Assembly (NCBI RefSeq): GCF_048593235.1
Contig: NC_133620.1
Location: 23,313,123-23,377,122, forward strand
DNA length: 64,000 nucleotides
Source: Sminthopsis crassicaudata
Taxonomy: Eukaryota
Direction: 5' to 3'
Of the stretch, positions 23,806 through 37,689 are shown in pieces. How positions within the stretch are numbered: position 1 is the first letter of the stretch; each line of letters begins with the position of its first letter. The notes under the pieces were generated by a model. That model ran no database searches. It was not told the DNA's origin and was given only the letters and a program-made list of their open reading frames with translations. A program made the position numbers and the translations under genes.

Positions 23806-26800
23806 AAAAAATCACAGATTATAAACTGATCTGCACCAGGAGAGGGAATTCCTGCTCCTGCACAGGTCATGCTCCCTCCCCCCTAAAAAAAAGACATGAT
23901 TTTACACACTTCAGAAACTAGTAGATATGAGTAGGAGAAAGCAGGCTAGATTTGGAAGCAAGCAGTCAGTTAGTTGGTTAACAAGCACTTATTAAGCACT
24001 TACTATGTCAGATATTGTGCTAAGCACTGGGGATACAAAAAAAGGCAGAAAAGAGTGGGTTCAAATTTTGCTTCGGCTAGCTGTGATCATTCTCTGAGCT
24101 TCAGTTTCCTCTCTGTAAAAGAAGAATAAAATACAACACTTCCCACTTCATAGCATGGTTGTGAGGAAAGCATTTTGGAAAGCTTAAAGCAGTGGAGAAA
24201 TGGATATTGTTTTTTTGTTTGTTTGTTTGTTTGTTTGTTTTTTAAAGCCAATTGATTTGTCCAGGATTCCACAGCTAGTATTAAGTTTCTGAGGTAGAGT
24301 TTGAACTCAGGTCCTCCTGACTTTGCCCCCAAATGAGTATTATTCTAAAGATCCTAGAGACAGAGGCTTGGTTTTGTATCCTGACTCTGGCTTGTCAGCT
24401 TCCTTCTGGTGGTCAGCTTCTTTTATAAAATGGGACTTACTCTCTGTACATCACAGAGTTGAAGTGAGGACAGTGTTTTGAAAAACCTTGATTCAGTCTC
24501 CCAGGCCATTAACAAACACCTACTCTGTGCCAAAAATAGTGCTCATCTTTTGTCAAAAAAAAAAGCTCAATATGATGTCTTGCTTGTAGAAAGTGTTTAC
24601 AAATGCCAAATGAATATAGGAATAAATGAGTACAAACACGTGAATAAATGAGTAAATACACGTAAATAAATGTCCTTGAAGATTATATTTTGTTAGGAGA
24701 ATACAATTCACACACAGATAAGTAAATATACAATACATATATAGACAGTAAATATGAAGGAGTTTCAATTAAAGCACTATAGGAATATGAATTGCTTTTA
24801 TTACTCCACTTCCTGTTGTGATCATTATTAATTCCAGACATGTACCTGAATGATCCAGGTAAAAGGTAAATAAGTTCTCTTCTTCCTCCCAGCAGGACTG
24901 GGGGAGCCAGATTTTAAGCTCTGACTCCGGTGCACAGCCCTGGGCCAGCCACAGGTGGGGGCCTTCAAAGATGGCTTTGGAAACTGATGTCTTCAGCAGA
25001 GTCCCTGTGGATACCGACAGGTGGCCTAGTTACTGTCAGATGCCCAATCCCAGGCTAACACCGCTGCTGGTGACGTGCTCAGTTGCTGCACAGGATGAGG
25101 GAGAAATAATCAGTCTTTGACTGTTCAGCACAGCTGCCTCAGACTATCCAATTATCTCAGTTTCCAACCCAGCCAGTGCCTGGAGCCAACAGGTGCTGTT
25201 CCTGGCCATCTCCCCAGGTTCCTAGGGTCAGCGTGATCATTGGAAGTGTATCGAGTATCATTGGAAGTGTATTTGATGTTGAAAGTGTGCAAAATTAGGA
25301 CTCTTGAGTCCTGGACTATCTTTGATTTGACACTCGGTTTTGCCCTTTGTAAAAGCAGAGTTCAGGTTGGATGTTCTCTCTTAGGTTCTTCCTAATTCTA
25401 ACATTTTGTTTCCACCTCATTCATCACAGTGCCTTCTCTACTTGGGCAGGGTAATGCTCCACACCATTTCCTGGCCTGTTCCAAATCTCACACCCTTTAT
25501 TTTCCCTCTGTAAACCATCTGAGGACAGGGATTGTCTTTCTTTTTAAACTTGTGTTTGTATTTCTAGCATTTTACACAATACCTAGCATGCAGCAAAAGT
25601 GCTTAATAAATGACCTATCTTTCTATCTACTGTCTATATTCTAAGGTCCCTCCACACTCTGGCATCCTATGCTATGGTGCATGGTCCCTTCCAGAACTAA
25701 CATTTTCTCTTCTAAGGTCCTTCCCCGTCCTGCCATTCCGTGCTCTAAAATCTCTCCCAGCTCTTATCCCTTTATATTCCAAGGGCCCATTCAGCTGGTC
25801 CCTTCCTTGAATGGGGCCTTAGAAGCAAACACCTGTTTCCCAGAAGGCCTCATAAGCTTCCTGCTTCACTTGATTTCAAGAGAACTAGGAAAATCTCTGA
25901 GGAAAAACCTGCTCACTACTAACCTGCTGTGCCAAACCAAGGACCTCAGTCTCCTATGAAAGAAAAGGCAATTAGCTCTTGAAAGAATGAACCCAGTGAC
26001 TTCCCATCTTTCAGTAATTCAACACTGGCAGGGGTCCCAGCACAGTGGAGGGGGCAGGCATACAAGAGCAATGGCTACGTGCTATGGTCTCTCCTTCATA
26101 ACCCCCTTCTGGCGAGCATCTGCTCTCCACCCGGCTGGGAACGTAGCCTGCTCCCGGGCGGGAACAATTTAAGAAACTTGGGGCCAACAGCTTACTTAGA
26201 ATACCCTGGCTGTGCTCTCACTCTGATCCTGGGGAAAGACAGTGGGATGAAATCAGGAGAAGACCTGGATGTGAGGTCGTCTTCTATCTCTTCCTAAATT
26301 GGGCAACAGTTCTCAATTACAGCTGCTGTACAATTTACAAAGCACTTTTCTCATAATGACCATGTGAGAGCAGGGAGTGCAAGGATTATTTCCATTTTAT
26401 AAAGGGAGAAAGCTAAATTTTAGAGGTTTAAGAAGAGATTCTGTGATGCTCAAATTAGATAATGGATGTAAAGTACTTAGCAAACTTTAAAATACTATAT
26501 AAATGCCAGCTATCACTGCTGCTGTTGTTGTTAACCTATGGACACCAGGCCTCCAATTTGATGATGACTTCATTCTCTTTCTCCTTTCTTAACCTGGCTT
26601 TCTATTGTATTTCTGCTGAGTTCAAGCAATACTTATAGATCAATACCTGGGCATGCTGGTAAAAGTTTAACAACCAGACTTTTCTTTTCTTTAAATGACT
26701 TTCCCGGGGTCTCACGTCCAGTAAGAGTCCGAGGTCATATCGGAACTCAGGTTCTCCCCCTTGTAGGGGCCAGTGCTCTACCCAGTGCACCATCTAGTTG

Positions 26801-29800
26801 CCCTTTTCATGTTTAAGCTGCATTAATAATACTTTCTTAAGTCAAGACAGTAATAAAAATCAATTAAATCAAGACTGCTATTGTCTAAAGTGTAAATAAA
26901 TATTCACTCTGAATGTTTAACTAGAAAGTCAGTTGGATCTGGCTCCAGAATACCTCTGTGTAAGTAGTCTGGAAGTCTTGAGTTTATCTGGGGAGACTGA
27001 GTTCCCCATCATTGAAAGTCTTCAAGTGGAAGCATCACTTCTCACTGATGCTATAGAGAAGATTCCAGTTTAGAAATGGATTGGACTAGAAGCCACTGAG
27101 GATGGAGAGTCTTTGATTCTATGCCTTGGCCAAAGTCATATAACTAGCATGTGTCAGAAGTTCAAACCTCTAAACCAAGTTTTCTGAAACAAATGTTCTT
27201 TCTATCTCTCAGGAAATGAGAGGGTCATTCTCTAGGGTGCTTTTCAGTTCTAACGTTCTATGATTTTGCTTTGAGGTCATACATCAGGCATAGACCAATT
27301 AATTAAATGGGTCATTTTCTCCTACCAGCCTAATAATAATAATAATATCTTGAATTTATACTGGGACTTACACATTATCTTATTTGAGCTTCCCTAAAAC
27401 ATTATGAAGTCAGTATCTATCACCAGAAGAAACTGAGAGGCTTACAGAGGTTAAGTTATTTGCTGGAGTGGGGGGAGTTACTCGGAAAATTTTGCCAGTT
27501 AGTAAGTCAATCAACCAACAATTTATCAAGTCTTTATTATGTACTAGACATTAGAGTGAGACAGTCCCCTCTCTCAAGGAATTTATATTGTAACAAATGA
27601 CTTTGACCACATTACTAGGCTTTCCTGTTTCCCTTCCTTTGTTCATAAAGTTCCTCATACCTAGAATACTTTCCCCACCAGGAATGGCCTGTTCCACCTT
27701 AAAATCCAGCTCAGATTGACACAGTATACGGAGTCATCACAGATCTTAACTTCCTTTCCTCACCTTGAACGAGTATTCTGGTTTGGAATCAGAAGATCTG
27801 GTATTGAATCCTAGATCTTCTTCATATTTGTTGGTCGTGTAACCTTGAATATGTTACTTTAATCCTCTGGGCCTCAGTTTCCCCTTATGTCAAATCAGGG
27901 GGCTCTACTAGCTCATAGGATCATAGATTTAAAGCTAGAAAGGGAATTTAGACCAAATTCTCTGTTTCAGCTTTAAAAATAGTGTTTTGTTAGCACATCA
28001 ACTGATCTTTAACATAAAAATAACACACATAAATGTTTGTAACAACAACAACAACAAAAAAAATCTACCATATTGATAATATCAGTGCATTGGATGGGTT
28101 TGTTTTTTGGCGCAAAGTTTCTCCAAATGAGATAGCTTAAATGGCATTTCTTCTTATAATTCCTTTTCAATTCTTTTTTCTTTTCCTTTCACAATCCGTT
28201 CCTCCCACTAGCTAAGCCCTCATTTTAGAGACATCCAAGGTCCCCTTTTGGCTGTAAACTACAGGAGTCTCTCACAGTCCTTATCACACACTGATAGCCT
28301 ATCATATAGATGATATTGGAGTCTCGTCTTACCCTTCAACTGAACTGTTAGCTCCTTGGGGGCACAGAACGTGTCTTCATACACGTATCCCAGTTCGTGC
28401 TGCGAGCAGTGTCCCGTTGACAGCAAGAGCCGAGAGCCGTATTAGTGACTCCGATCAGCACCTCGGACAGCTCCACAGCCAGCGCGGCTTCAGGGAGCTG
28501 TCTGCTGCCGTTAGTTATGACCCTTTAAACGTGAGACGCTGCCACTCACTTCTTCCCCGGGCCTCTTATACCTGTCCCGTACTCTCTCCTCACTCCTCAG
28601 CCCACCCCCACCCCCCACGTCTCCCAAAGCGTCTGGATTCTTTTTGGCCTTAAAGGGCCAGAGCTAACTGTCTCTTTCTATCTCTACGATCTCACTGATC
28701 TGCTGAAACACATCAAGGTTTCCCAGCGTATTCCTGGGGCAGAATGCACCTTCAGAGTCTCCTTCCCTGGTCCATCATGGCCTCGTATTGACCAGCGCAG
28801 ACCTGGAAAGGCAGTATAGTGTAGCAGTTAGTTCATCTTCTCTCACTGACACTAATTCATGTCCTGAGTAGATGCTCGATTCTCTAGCGAACTAGTCGGT
28901 GGTGAAAAGGACTTAGCACCGAATATGGGAGAAGGAGCATTTACTGGCATCATTTCAGGGGCAGAGGGGCTGTCCAGGAAAGCCTGCACTTGAGGAAGTC
29001 ATGCTGGTTCTCTGTCTAAATGTTCAAACTCTGACCTATTAATAATATATTCTAAAATTGTGTGAAATATTATGATGTTCCAGTCCCCATTCCAGAGTAC
29101 TATGATCTGGCAGAAAAGGCTAATTTTAAAATATTGACCAGTCAAATAACATTTGTTTAGTACTTAGAGGCACTAGAGATTCACAGACAAAAATGAAATA
29201 GTTTCTTCCCCCTAAGAACTTACACTTGGTAGGAAAACTCTAATTTTTATGAGGTTTTTTCCTGAAACACAAAATATTTTAGATTATATTTATATAATAT
29301 ATATATGTATATAATATTTTATAGGAGCAAATACAAACCAAAATGCACATTCTTTGACAACTATAGAATGGGTTCTATAAGATTTGTAAAGCAAATTTCT
29401 GCATTATTTTCCTCTGATTATAATAAAAAGAGTTAACTTTAAGTTTTGCAAGCAAACAAAAAATAATGGCATTCTAAAATCTTGTCAAGAGATGAAGGCA
29501 AGTTCATTACCGAAGAACCTACTGTCTTCCTCTTTTTAGAAATCAAATCATTTGCTCTCTTTAAGTCTGTGGCACATCTTCCACCTTCTGAGCTTTTCCA
29601 GAAATCACAGGGATCAGCTCAGCAAATAACACCTGATTGTTCTTTTATTACCTTGGGGTATACAGTACTAAAAGACATTATTATAAAAGATAGAAAGATA
29701 TGACTAGGGGTCCTTGCTCTCTTTGGGAGAACAGAGAAAAGTTGCTATTTGGAAGACTCAGACACATTTGGGGAGGCTCTATGGGGCAATTCCTCATACA

Positions 29801-32800
29801 AAAGAAATAGAAAGGAGAAGACTCTCATCAGTGCATTCCCAGAGTTCCTAGTTTGTGGTCATAAATGCAGAGCTGGAAACCACCTCAGAAGTCACTTAGT
29901 CTAATCCTTTCATTTTGTAGCTGAGGACTAAGAGAGTTTAGATAGACTTGTCCAAAATCACATGGGTAGAGCTAGGATTAGAAGATCGCAGAACTAAAAA
30001 GAACTTAGGGGACATATAAGTTCTTTTTTAGGGAGTCATCTAAGGAAATAGAGGCATAGACATGACTTGATCTAGGCCACACGGTAGGAAATATTAGAGC
30101 AGGGATTCGAACAGAGATTCTCTGACTTCAAAGTCAGAGCTCTGGAACCCATCATTTCTGTATGATGACTTTGCCCATAACTATTTTCTTCTTATTATGA
30201 TAACCAGGTCTTCATTACTGCTCTGGATCACCAGTCTCCTGGGTGGGATGGGCAGTTGCCTATATTTTCTATTTTTAGGCGCAAGATGTATTTGAAAGTT
30301 TACTGAGGTTTTAATATCTGCTATCAATTACAAGAGCAATCCTATCTCTTCAAGGGCCAAGAATCTCAGGAAAGCCCTTACCACTAATGCCCAGGGGAAC
30401 CAACTATTAGGACAAAGAGCTAGAGAGAAAGGGAATTCTTAGGCATTGATATAGAGGGGGAAGCTGCTTATATGGTTGATTTTTCAGCAGATTTTTCCAC
30501 AGCTCAATGAACAAGTATTGATTAAGCCTGGCACTAGCATATGTGCCAGGCACTGCTATGAGCTCTGGAGCTTCAAAGATAGAAGTGAAATAGTCCCTGC
30601 CCTCAAGAACCTTCCATTCTATATACATATACATAGAAAATATGTATGAATGAATACAAGATAGCTAAGGAGGGAGACAAGCAAAGTAGCTGGGAGAATA
30701 AGCAAAGGCTTCACATGAAAGGTAGGACTTGAGCTGAGTCTTGAAGGAAAAGAGGAATTTGGAATAGTGGAAGTTAAAAGGGAATATGTTTTCTCTATCA
30801 CCAGGAAACCAACTAAGTTTCACAGGGGATATTAAATTCCATTCCTTTCAATGGGTGGTTATTAATGGCAATATAAGGGAATGAATTTACAAAGCATGGA
30901 ACTAGGTTAGGTTTTGAAATACAAAGACAAAATTGGAACAGTCCCTGCCCTGAGTGAGCATATAGTTTACTGGGGCGAACAATGTGGACTTGGATGAATC
31001 AATACAATATATTGACCCAATCAATCAATAAGCATTTGTTAAGGGTCTACCTTGACCTAAGCTTTTAATAAATTTGTTAGTGACAAACGTGAAACAGATG
31101 CTGCTTTCAAGGAGCTTCCATTCTAATAGAATAAGAGTGATAACAATCCTCTGTTATTGACACCATAAAGTTTTCAAAGCATACAATAATCCTTATGGCA
31201 AGAAATACAATTTCCCCCATTTAGCAGCTAAAAAAACTGTGGCTCAATGTAATCAGATGCCCTGACTAAGGTCACACAAGTATGGCATCTGTAGCAGTTT
31301 ACTGGAGATGAGAGTGCCTTGGCACCCTGCAGATCCACACCTAAAACTAGCTGGTGGGATGGCATCTGAAGGGTTACTCCCCTCCTTCCCTATGGGGAAC
31401 ATTACTTTGCAAATCTTAAGTCACTGTATCAAGGTTAGTTATTATTATCATTGTCGTAACTTGTTGCTGTTATTGTTGTTGACATTAGTAATGTGTATTT
31501 GCATGTAGATAATTTATAGCAAGTCATATTGTTTCATTTATATTCTCCCCAGAGAAAGGCTGGTACTTGACATCACAAAATATACATAGTATAAGAAGAG
31601 GTCTTAGAAGTCCCAGGTTAGACACTATTAAATTAATCATGGTAACCCAGCATATTAGACCCTACAGAAGCAACTGCACAGGGGGACTTGGAAGATAGTG
31701 TGAGCGCTATGCCTTCTGCCCCTTGTGGGGAGTCAGTGCTGTGCCCTCAGAGCCTGCCCAAGTATGGGAAAGTCCCAGGATCAGGTCCTCAGCTCTATTG
31801 CCCCAAGAAGAGTAGGGATTTTGGGTTAAAATCCTGTTTGGTCTGGAGAGATAGTCAAAGAGGATCCCAAATTTAGAGTTCATAGGGACCTCACAGGCCA
31901 TCGATCCAACATGCTCATCTGTAAAATGAGGATGACAGAGATTAAGTGACTTTCCTGGGGATGATGGAGCTCCTCAAGTGTCTGAGGTAGGATTTGAAAC
32001 TCCAAGCTCTACCCACTACAATCTAGCCTCAGTAAGTCAAATTAAGAGAACATATTACTTTTTTGGCCTCAGATGAAACTGGTGTTACCCTTGAGTCTTT
32101 AAAGTCTGAAACAACATGGTTATACTGGAAAATACGCTGAATTTAGATTCAGGAGATCTGAGTTTAATTCATTGTTCTTCTAACCACTTGTGTGGCCTTA
32201 GGCAAATCACTTAGTACTAGAAAGACATCAATTGATTAAGTAGTGTAGTTGTTTTTTTTTTTTTTAATCCATAGGGCAACTAAAATAGAGATAGTAGGAT
32301 GAAAATTTTTATTTCCACATCTGCTTTTAATTATTTGGATTTAAAACACATTTGCATAGATAGGAGAAAGAAAATATTTATTACCAAATACATTTCCTGG
32401 TAATCACTTATTTAAGAATTGCATTTTGTGCATTTTTGACTGTGCTTTGTTGCAGGTAGACTTTTTGCAAATGAAACATACACCTATGCTCCCATTCCAA
32501 TCCTTTGTAGAGTCACAAGTGATGCATGAACTTACTTTCTTTTTTTTTATATTTTAATAGTTTTTATTTACCAGATATATGCATGGGTAATTTTACAACA
32601 TTGACAATTGCCAAACCTTTTGATGAACTTATTTTCAATCAGGATTGCTATACCTTCCAGTTTGGCCTTGGACAATCTCCAGTAAGCTTTTCACTCATCT
32701 TTTTGGATATATTCTCAACAGCTCAAGTTTGAAACACAATTTTTTTTTTGGAAACTGAGGCAAACAAGGTGAAGAGATTTGCCCATGGTCAAATATATTT

Positions 32801-34699
32801 TTTAAANNNNNNNNNNNNNNNNNNNNNNNNNNNNNNNNNNNNNNNNNNNNNNNNNNNNNNNNNNNNNNNNNNNNNNNNNNNNNNNNNNNNNNNNNNNNNN
32901 NNNNNNNNNNNNNNNNNNNNNNNNNNNNNNNNNNTCATATTTGAACTCAAGTCCTTCTGACTTCAGGGCTAGTGCTCTATCCACTGTGCCACCTAGCTGC
33001 CCAATATTCAGCTGTTGATTAGGATTATATCTACAATATTGCAGAAACACACATTAACCATCTCCCAATTGTTGCTTTCATCAAATAATGACCTTGCCAT
33101 TTGGTTATAAAAAGGATAATATCTGGCTTTTGCTTTTTGTTATTTTCTACTTGAGCCTGAACATCTGGAGGGAGGGTACACATGATAGTTATAGACTCAG
33201 ATATCACACACTAGTATAAAGTTCCTTTAGGTTTTTCTCTAGATTCTAAAACCAGAATTTCACACATTTCATGGCCTCTTAATTCTAGAAGTTCTTATGG
33301 TTCTGACAGATAATCCCAATTATACTTCACCTTTGCTTTGCAAATTTTAGGAAAGATCAAGAAATGTAAAGTAATTGCTGCAGATTATCTTTAGTCTTTA
33401 CAAAATGGGGTTTTTATGAGCTTCAACATTGCATCTGTAGGTATCCTAGTAGCATCACTTATCATCTTACAAAAAGGTTTTTTTTTTTTATTAAAGAGAT
33501 AGCTAGGTAGTACAGTGGATGGAGCACTGGGCTAGGAGTCAAATTCAGATTTAGACACTTACTAGTTGTGTGACTCTGTGCAAAGTAAAAATGGAGGATT
33601 ATAATAAAATAGGGATAAAAACAGTACTTACTTCCTTCCCAAAGTGAGGCTCAAGTGAAATGATTGTAAGATACTTAGCATAGTGCCTGGCATACCATCC
33701 ATGCTTAATAAATGCTTCTTCCCTTCCCAACTAAGGGAATCTGTTAAACCAGTGTTTGTTTTCAGTAACCACTGCCAACCAAAATTTCCAGGCCAAATTT
33801 GTCTGGCTTATTTGATATATAGCGAATAAATTTACAGTGTGTCGTACGAGGCAGCAACAGCTCTTTTTGACATATATATGTATATGACAGGAATTAATGC
33901 CTTCTGAAATTTTTCAATAAAAACTCTCTTATTATGACAACCAAACTGTAAATTCTGAAAGTCTGAAAAATCAGAAAATAAAAAAAATTTATAAAATAGG
34001 AGAAACTACATGCAAAGATAAATTTTTATTTTACTCTATAAATACATTATTCACCAAGTTTTATAAATGTTTGATGAATTCTACTGCCACTCCAAGGGGG
34101 AAAGACTAATATAGACAAAGAAATGACTCATTAGAAATAAATGTAGGAGAACTTCCTCTTATTTACAACAAAAGTATAAAGTGTTTAAGCATATGCATCA
34201 TTTGTTGCATCTGGTCCTTGGAGGTAGGAACCACACATTTTATTTCTTTCATTATTTGAATTTTTTTAGAATGCTAAGGGATGTTGGTAATGGACAAATA
34301 GAAAAAGATCATAAAGTAGAAATACCCAAGTCAAGCCTTGTCAAGTTGCAAGTGCCTACAAACATTTTTGCATCAATTGACACACTTGGTCCTTCTAGTT
34401 AGCTTCCCTGGGCCTTAGTTTCCTCCTCTGTAAAATGAGGGGATTGGATTAGGTAGCACTTGGGATCCCTTTGGAGGGGATCTAGGAGAGGATCAAGTTG
34501 GAGATCTAGAACTTTAGATTTTCTGGGCCTCAGCTTTCTCCTGCTATTGGATGGTATTGGAAGGCCCTCTTAGCTCTTCATCTGCTGTCTTATGATCCAT
34601 GACAGAGTATGGAGAAGGAGAAAAATTCTTTGAAAAGGTAAGATCCTCCAATCAAGCCAATTCAATTTTTAATATTTTAAAATATTATTTTTATGGTAT

Positions 34700-36790
34700 C
34701 TTTTACTTCCAGGTCACTTTCATTTCTTAACATATCTTTCTCCTGCAAAAGAGTCAACATCTGTCTTAAAGAATTAGAAAAATCCATTCAGGAAAATCGA
34801 GAAATACTTCAATCAGGTCTGAGAGCTTTCTCAGTGTACCTCCCCCTCTGCAGAGAAGTGAGAGCTGTGTGTATTTTCTCATCTCTTCAGCTTAGGGGAG
34901 AGGGGAATTTTGACATTATCTTTACACAAGTGAGGAGAAGGGGACAGATACTTGAGATGCGGTAACTGTAGAAACGACAAGATCTGGAGACACATTGGAT
35001 ATATGGGATGGGTGAAGGAGAATGAAGAGTCAGGATGACATGAAGGTTTTAAACCTGAGTGTGTAATTTCTAAAGTGGAGTGGATTTGGTAGGAAAGAGG
35101 ATGCGTTTAATTTTAAACGGCTTGAGTTTAACATGTCTATGGAACATCCACTTTGAAATGTCCAATGGGTAGTTGGTAATATGGCACTGGCGCTCAAGGA
35201 GAGACAGTAGGACTGGACACAGAGAGCTAGGAATTGTCTGCTGAGATGTCTAGAAAGAGAAGGTTCACTACAGAAGCTTAGGGGATGTTAGAGAGTGTCA
35301 GATGGATGATAATTCAGCAAAAGCCACAGAGGAGTGGAGAGACAGGTAGAAGGAGAAGCAGGAGAGAGCATATCATGAAAGCCCAGAGGAGAGAGCATCC
35401 AGAACAGGATGATTAATAGTGCTCAATTCAGCAGGGAGATTGTGAAAGATGAGGCCTGAGGAAAGGAAGTTAGATTTGGTCTTCAGACCAAACTTTAGAG
35501 AGAGCAGTTTGGGTGGAGTGATTAGGTCAGACACCAGGTTACAAAGAGCTGAGCAATAAGGGAGAGGACAGACAGTGGAGGCATCTTTTTCCTAGGAACT
35601 GTCTGAGAAAGGAAAGAAAGACAGAAGGAGACAGTTTAAGGACATGATAGGGTCTAATGAGGGTTTTTCCAATGATGGAAGGTGCTTGGGCAGCAGGGAA
35701 GGAGCTGGCAGTTGAGGAAAGTAAAGGAACAAGTGTTTATTAAGATCTCCTACATGCTAAGTACTGTGGTAAATGCTTTACAAATATTATCTCATTTAAT
35801 CCTTAGGAGAACTCTTCAAGGCAAGTACTATTCTTCTTCTTCTCTTTTTCTAGTTAAGGAAACTGAGGCAAGGCCAAAGTCACACAGCTAGTAAGTGTTT
35901 GGAGTTGGATTTGAAAAGCAGAACTTCTTGACTCCAAGACATTGATTCTATTCACTGTGCCTAATCAGCAAAGATTAGGGTTGGGATTAATGGGAAGCCA
36001 GTAAAATGTCACAGTGGGTGAATTGCCAAGACTGGAATCAGGAAAATTCATCTTCATGAGTTCAAATCTAGCCTCAACTATTTATTAGTGGTGTGACCAT
36101 GGGCAAATCCCTTCACCTTGTTAGCCTCAGTTTCTGAATTTGTAAAATGAGCTGAAGAAGGACGTAACAAAGAACTCTGCCAAGAAAACCCCAAATGGGA
36201 CCAGGAAGAGTTGAAAATGGTGAGAGAGAAGAGTGATCTGTGGGAGCATATGGGAGGGAGAGGGTCAAAGACCTGAGGGAAGAGTTGCCTGGTCAGCAGA
36301 GGTGGGAAAGAAGGAGGAGAGGATAGAGGATGATTGTAAGATAAAGAGAAAGGGAGAGGAGAAAAGACATAACAAATGGCTTCTATTTGTTCCACCCGGC
36401 AAGAGGTGAGGGCTTCAGCTGGGAGGGGGTGGTGTGGGGGAGGAGGTTTAAGTTGAGAAGAGAAGGTCAAAACAGCCACTCTATTGAATGGGGTAATCAA
36501 TTAGGGAGAAATGAAAGGATGTTTTGTTTTACTGAGGACCCGGTGGAGATTAGATAACAAATTGGTGGTGGATGCACTCAGTTCAATTGAGGAGCTTTCT
36601 TTTCAGCAACATGTGAATTGAGGTGGAGATGGTGGATGATGGGAGTCATTCAGGGCTGGGGTTTAGCTGGGGATTAGTACATTAGCAAGGGATTCAAGAG
36701 CAGAGGAAAGCTGAGCCAGTTAACTAAAGGGTGAAGATTGAAAAGGGAGAAATGTGATGCTCCAGGAGGGATAATGAGCCCAGGACTTCC
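34700..36790 (-). mobile_element. Fragmented L2 LINE with MIR/MAR1 insertions
   Basis: Typical L2 antisense segments (gagtttaacatgtctatggaacatccactttgaaatgtcc; gaggaaagtaaagg) at 34700-35700 and 36215-36790. Confidence 0.6.
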
Positions 36791-37689
36791 TCAGCTGTAA
36801 GATGAGGGCTTGTACCAACTGATCTCTGGGGCACTTTCAAGTTCTCCATACTAACAAAATGAATCTCATTCATTTGGGCAAGTCTCTTGCTGTAGTGGAA
36901 AGGGCCTTACAGGAGGAAGGGCTGAGTTCCCACTCTGAGGCTGTGTGAGCAGGGGCAGGTCACTTTTGGTCTCAGTTTCCCCCTTTATTAAGTGAGGAGG
37001 TTGGACTTTACAGCTCTCCATTGGCGAGGAGACAAACGTTTACCTGGCACCTTTGAGCCTCACCCAGCGGGTTACCTTTGCGCCCTGCTGAGGAGTCAGA
37101 TGAGATGCTGTAAGTGACGTTCCTCTGCGAGCTCTCCATTTAGCCATCTGGGAACTATTGTGTAAGGACCATCCTATTCAGCCTCGGCAGATGCTGGCCG
37201 CTAACAGGAGATTTGCATTTCATTGTGAAACTGGAACATGATGTCCTTAGCTTCAGTCCCTGGCGGAGGGCCAGGTGAGGATGGAAGCCTAGCACAGGCC
37301 AGGCACTTGCAGCCACTGAGCAGATAGCAATAATAGAGATAATCCCTCACGTATGTACCGCTCTTTACAGGTTGGAAAAAGCTGAGCCACCAAAAGGCCA
37401 TTTCTGAAAGGATTTTGACTAAAATAGAGCATCAACCCTAAAAAGGGCCCTTAGAATGCAAGATGGATAACATCAGAGCAGGGAGGGAACCTTGGGAGAT
37501 AGAACAGCAGACCTAAAAGGACCCTTAGCATATGGGACATAAAATGGCAGAACTGAGAGGGTCCTCAGAACATTAAACACAGATTGTTAGATCTTGGAAA
37601 GACCCTAGGATGGAAAATGTCAATGCTAGGAAGAATTTCAGAGCCAGGATGGAGCTTAGAACATAGATATTTACAAAATATATTTTTAA

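Noticed and set aside
32620-33150. Possible L1 endonuclease fragments (GIAILIENK; GHYLMKAT) on the minus strand
   Set aside because: The motif order is reversed relative to L1 and the matches are too short to trust.
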